A stretch of DNA of 64,000 nt from Acidimicrobiia bacterium (GTDB taxonomy: Bacteria; Actinomycetota; Acidimicrobiia; Acidimicrobiales; Aldehydirespiratoraceae): NCBI GenBank assembly GCA_021296315.1, contig JAGWAO010000006.1, positions 8,977-72,976 on the forward strand, given 5' to 3'. Positions 62,958-64,000 of this stretch are shown piece by piece (position 1 is the first letter of the stretch; every line of letters begins with the position of its first letter). A program made the translations under genes and the position numbers. The notes under the pieces were generated by a model. The model searched no databases. It saw only the letters and a program-made list of their open reading frames with translations, and was not told where the DNA came from.

Positions 62958-64000
62958 ATGTTCGACACGCTGACTGGTCGTTTCGAGAGCGTCTTCTCCA
63001 GGCTTCGCGGCCGGGGACGGCTCTCTGCGGAGGATGTCGATGCCGCTCTGCGGGAGATCCGGGTCGCCCTGCTCGAGGCCGACGTCAATCTGGACGTGGT
63101 CACGAGCCTCACAGGGCGCATCCGCCAGCGAGCCGTCGGCGAGGAGCTCTCCCGGGCGCTCAACCCCGCCCAGCAGGTGACAAGGATCGTGCTCTCCGAA
63201 CTCACCACGAGCCTGGGGGGTGAGCGGATGGCCATCACCTACGCGTCGAAGCCGCCCACCGTGATCCTGCTGGCCGGTCTGCAGGGGTCAGGCAAGACCA
63301 CCAATGCGGCCAAGTTGGCCCAATGGTTCCTGCGCCAGGGCCGCAGCCCACTGCTGGTCGGTGCCGACCTGCAGCGCCCCGCGGCCGTGGCGCAGCTCCG
63401 CACGCTCGGTGAGCGCGCCGGCGTGCCCGTCTTCAGCCACTCTCGCAGCCCGGTCAAAGCGGCATCGGCCTCGCTGGCTGAGGCAGCCCGCACGGGCCGT
63501 GATGTGGTGATCGTCGACACCGCCGGACGTCTGGCCATCGACACCGAGATGATGGACCAGGTTCGCCGGATCTCCAAGGCGGTGCGGCCCCATTACACCT
63601 TCCTGGTGGTGGACGCCACGGTCGGCCAGGACGCGGTGAAGTCGGCCAAGGCTTTCCACGACACGCTGGCCCTCGACGGTGTGATCCTCACGAAGCTGGA
63701 CGGCGACGCTCGGGGCGGTGCCGCACTGTCGGTGAAGGAGGTGGTGGGACGGCCCATCGCCTTCGCCTCCAACGGTGAGAAGCTGGAGGACTTCGAGCCG
63801 TTCCATCCCGACCGTCTCGCCAGCCGCATCCTGGGGATGGGCGACGTCGAGACGCTGATCGACAAGGCTGAGGCCGCCTTCGAGGCCGAGCAGGCCGAAG
63901 AGACCGCGTCCCGATTGCTTGAGGGAACCTTCACGTTCGACGACTTCCTGGCCACCATGCAGCAGGTTCTAGGTATGGGCAACCTGCGGAGCATTCTCGG
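62958..64000 (+). CDS. ffh: signal recognition particle protein Ffh, 3'-truncated by window edge
   Basis: My own translation from ATG 62958: MFDTLTGRFESVFSRLRGRGRLSAEDVDAALREIRVALLEADVN..LAGLQGSGKTT..DTAGR..TKLDGDARGGAALS. Not in the ORF track because it has no stop within the window. Confidence 0.9.
   Translation, partial: MFDTLTGRFESVFSRLRGRGRLSAEDVDAALREIRVALLEADVNLDVVTSLTGRIRQRAVGEELSRALNPAQQVTRIVLSELTTSLGGERMAITYASKPPTVILLAGLQGSGKTTNAAKLAQWFLRQGRSPLLVGADLQRPAAVAQLRTLGERAGVPVFSHSRSPVKAASASLAEAARTGRDVVIVDTAGRLAIDTEMMDQVRRISKAVRPHYTFLVVDATVGQDAVKSAKAFHDTLALDGVILTKLDGDARGGAALSVKEVVGRPIAFASNGEKLEDFEPFHPDRLASRILGMGDVETLIDKAEAAFEAEQAEETASRLLEGTFTFDDFLATMQQVLGMGNLRSIL

Overview
GC-rich, gene-dense chromosomal segment with an Actinomycetota-type signature: mycothiol S-conjugate amidase Mca, NucS/EndoMS, a fused Kgd-type 2-oxoglutarate E1/E2 enzyme, and several F420-type LLM oxidoreductases. 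I can support about 56 protein-coding genes, one decayed P450 pseudogene and one TPP riboswitch. I see no rRNA, tRNA, CRISPR array, transposase or integrase. The right third is a conserved housekeeping block (recG-rsmD-coaD-yceD-rpmF-plsX-acp-rnc-fpg-smc-ftsY-ffh). The left and middle parts mix transporters, redox enzymes and DNA-repair genes (topoisomerase B subunit, Cas4-like nuclease, NucS, XthA, UvrD-like helicase). The most unusual signal is a modular ~100-bp interspersed repeat family present at 9 loci. It mostly sits on or just after stop codons or between co-directional genes. It supplies stop codons and C-terminal residues to several genes. In tandem truncated form it removes the stop of rnc, so rnc reads in frame into a degenerate Fpg-like gene. 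Other notable items: an 810-aa secreted protein of 29 uninterrupted plant-type 24-residue LRRs; triplicated start regions with overlapping uORFs upstream of betC and plsX; a 22-bp tandem triplication of a gene 3' end beside a perfect 18-bp hairpin; and a probable CTG start for cysQ overlapping the kgd stop. All calls rest on reading the translations and DNA by eye. No database search was run.
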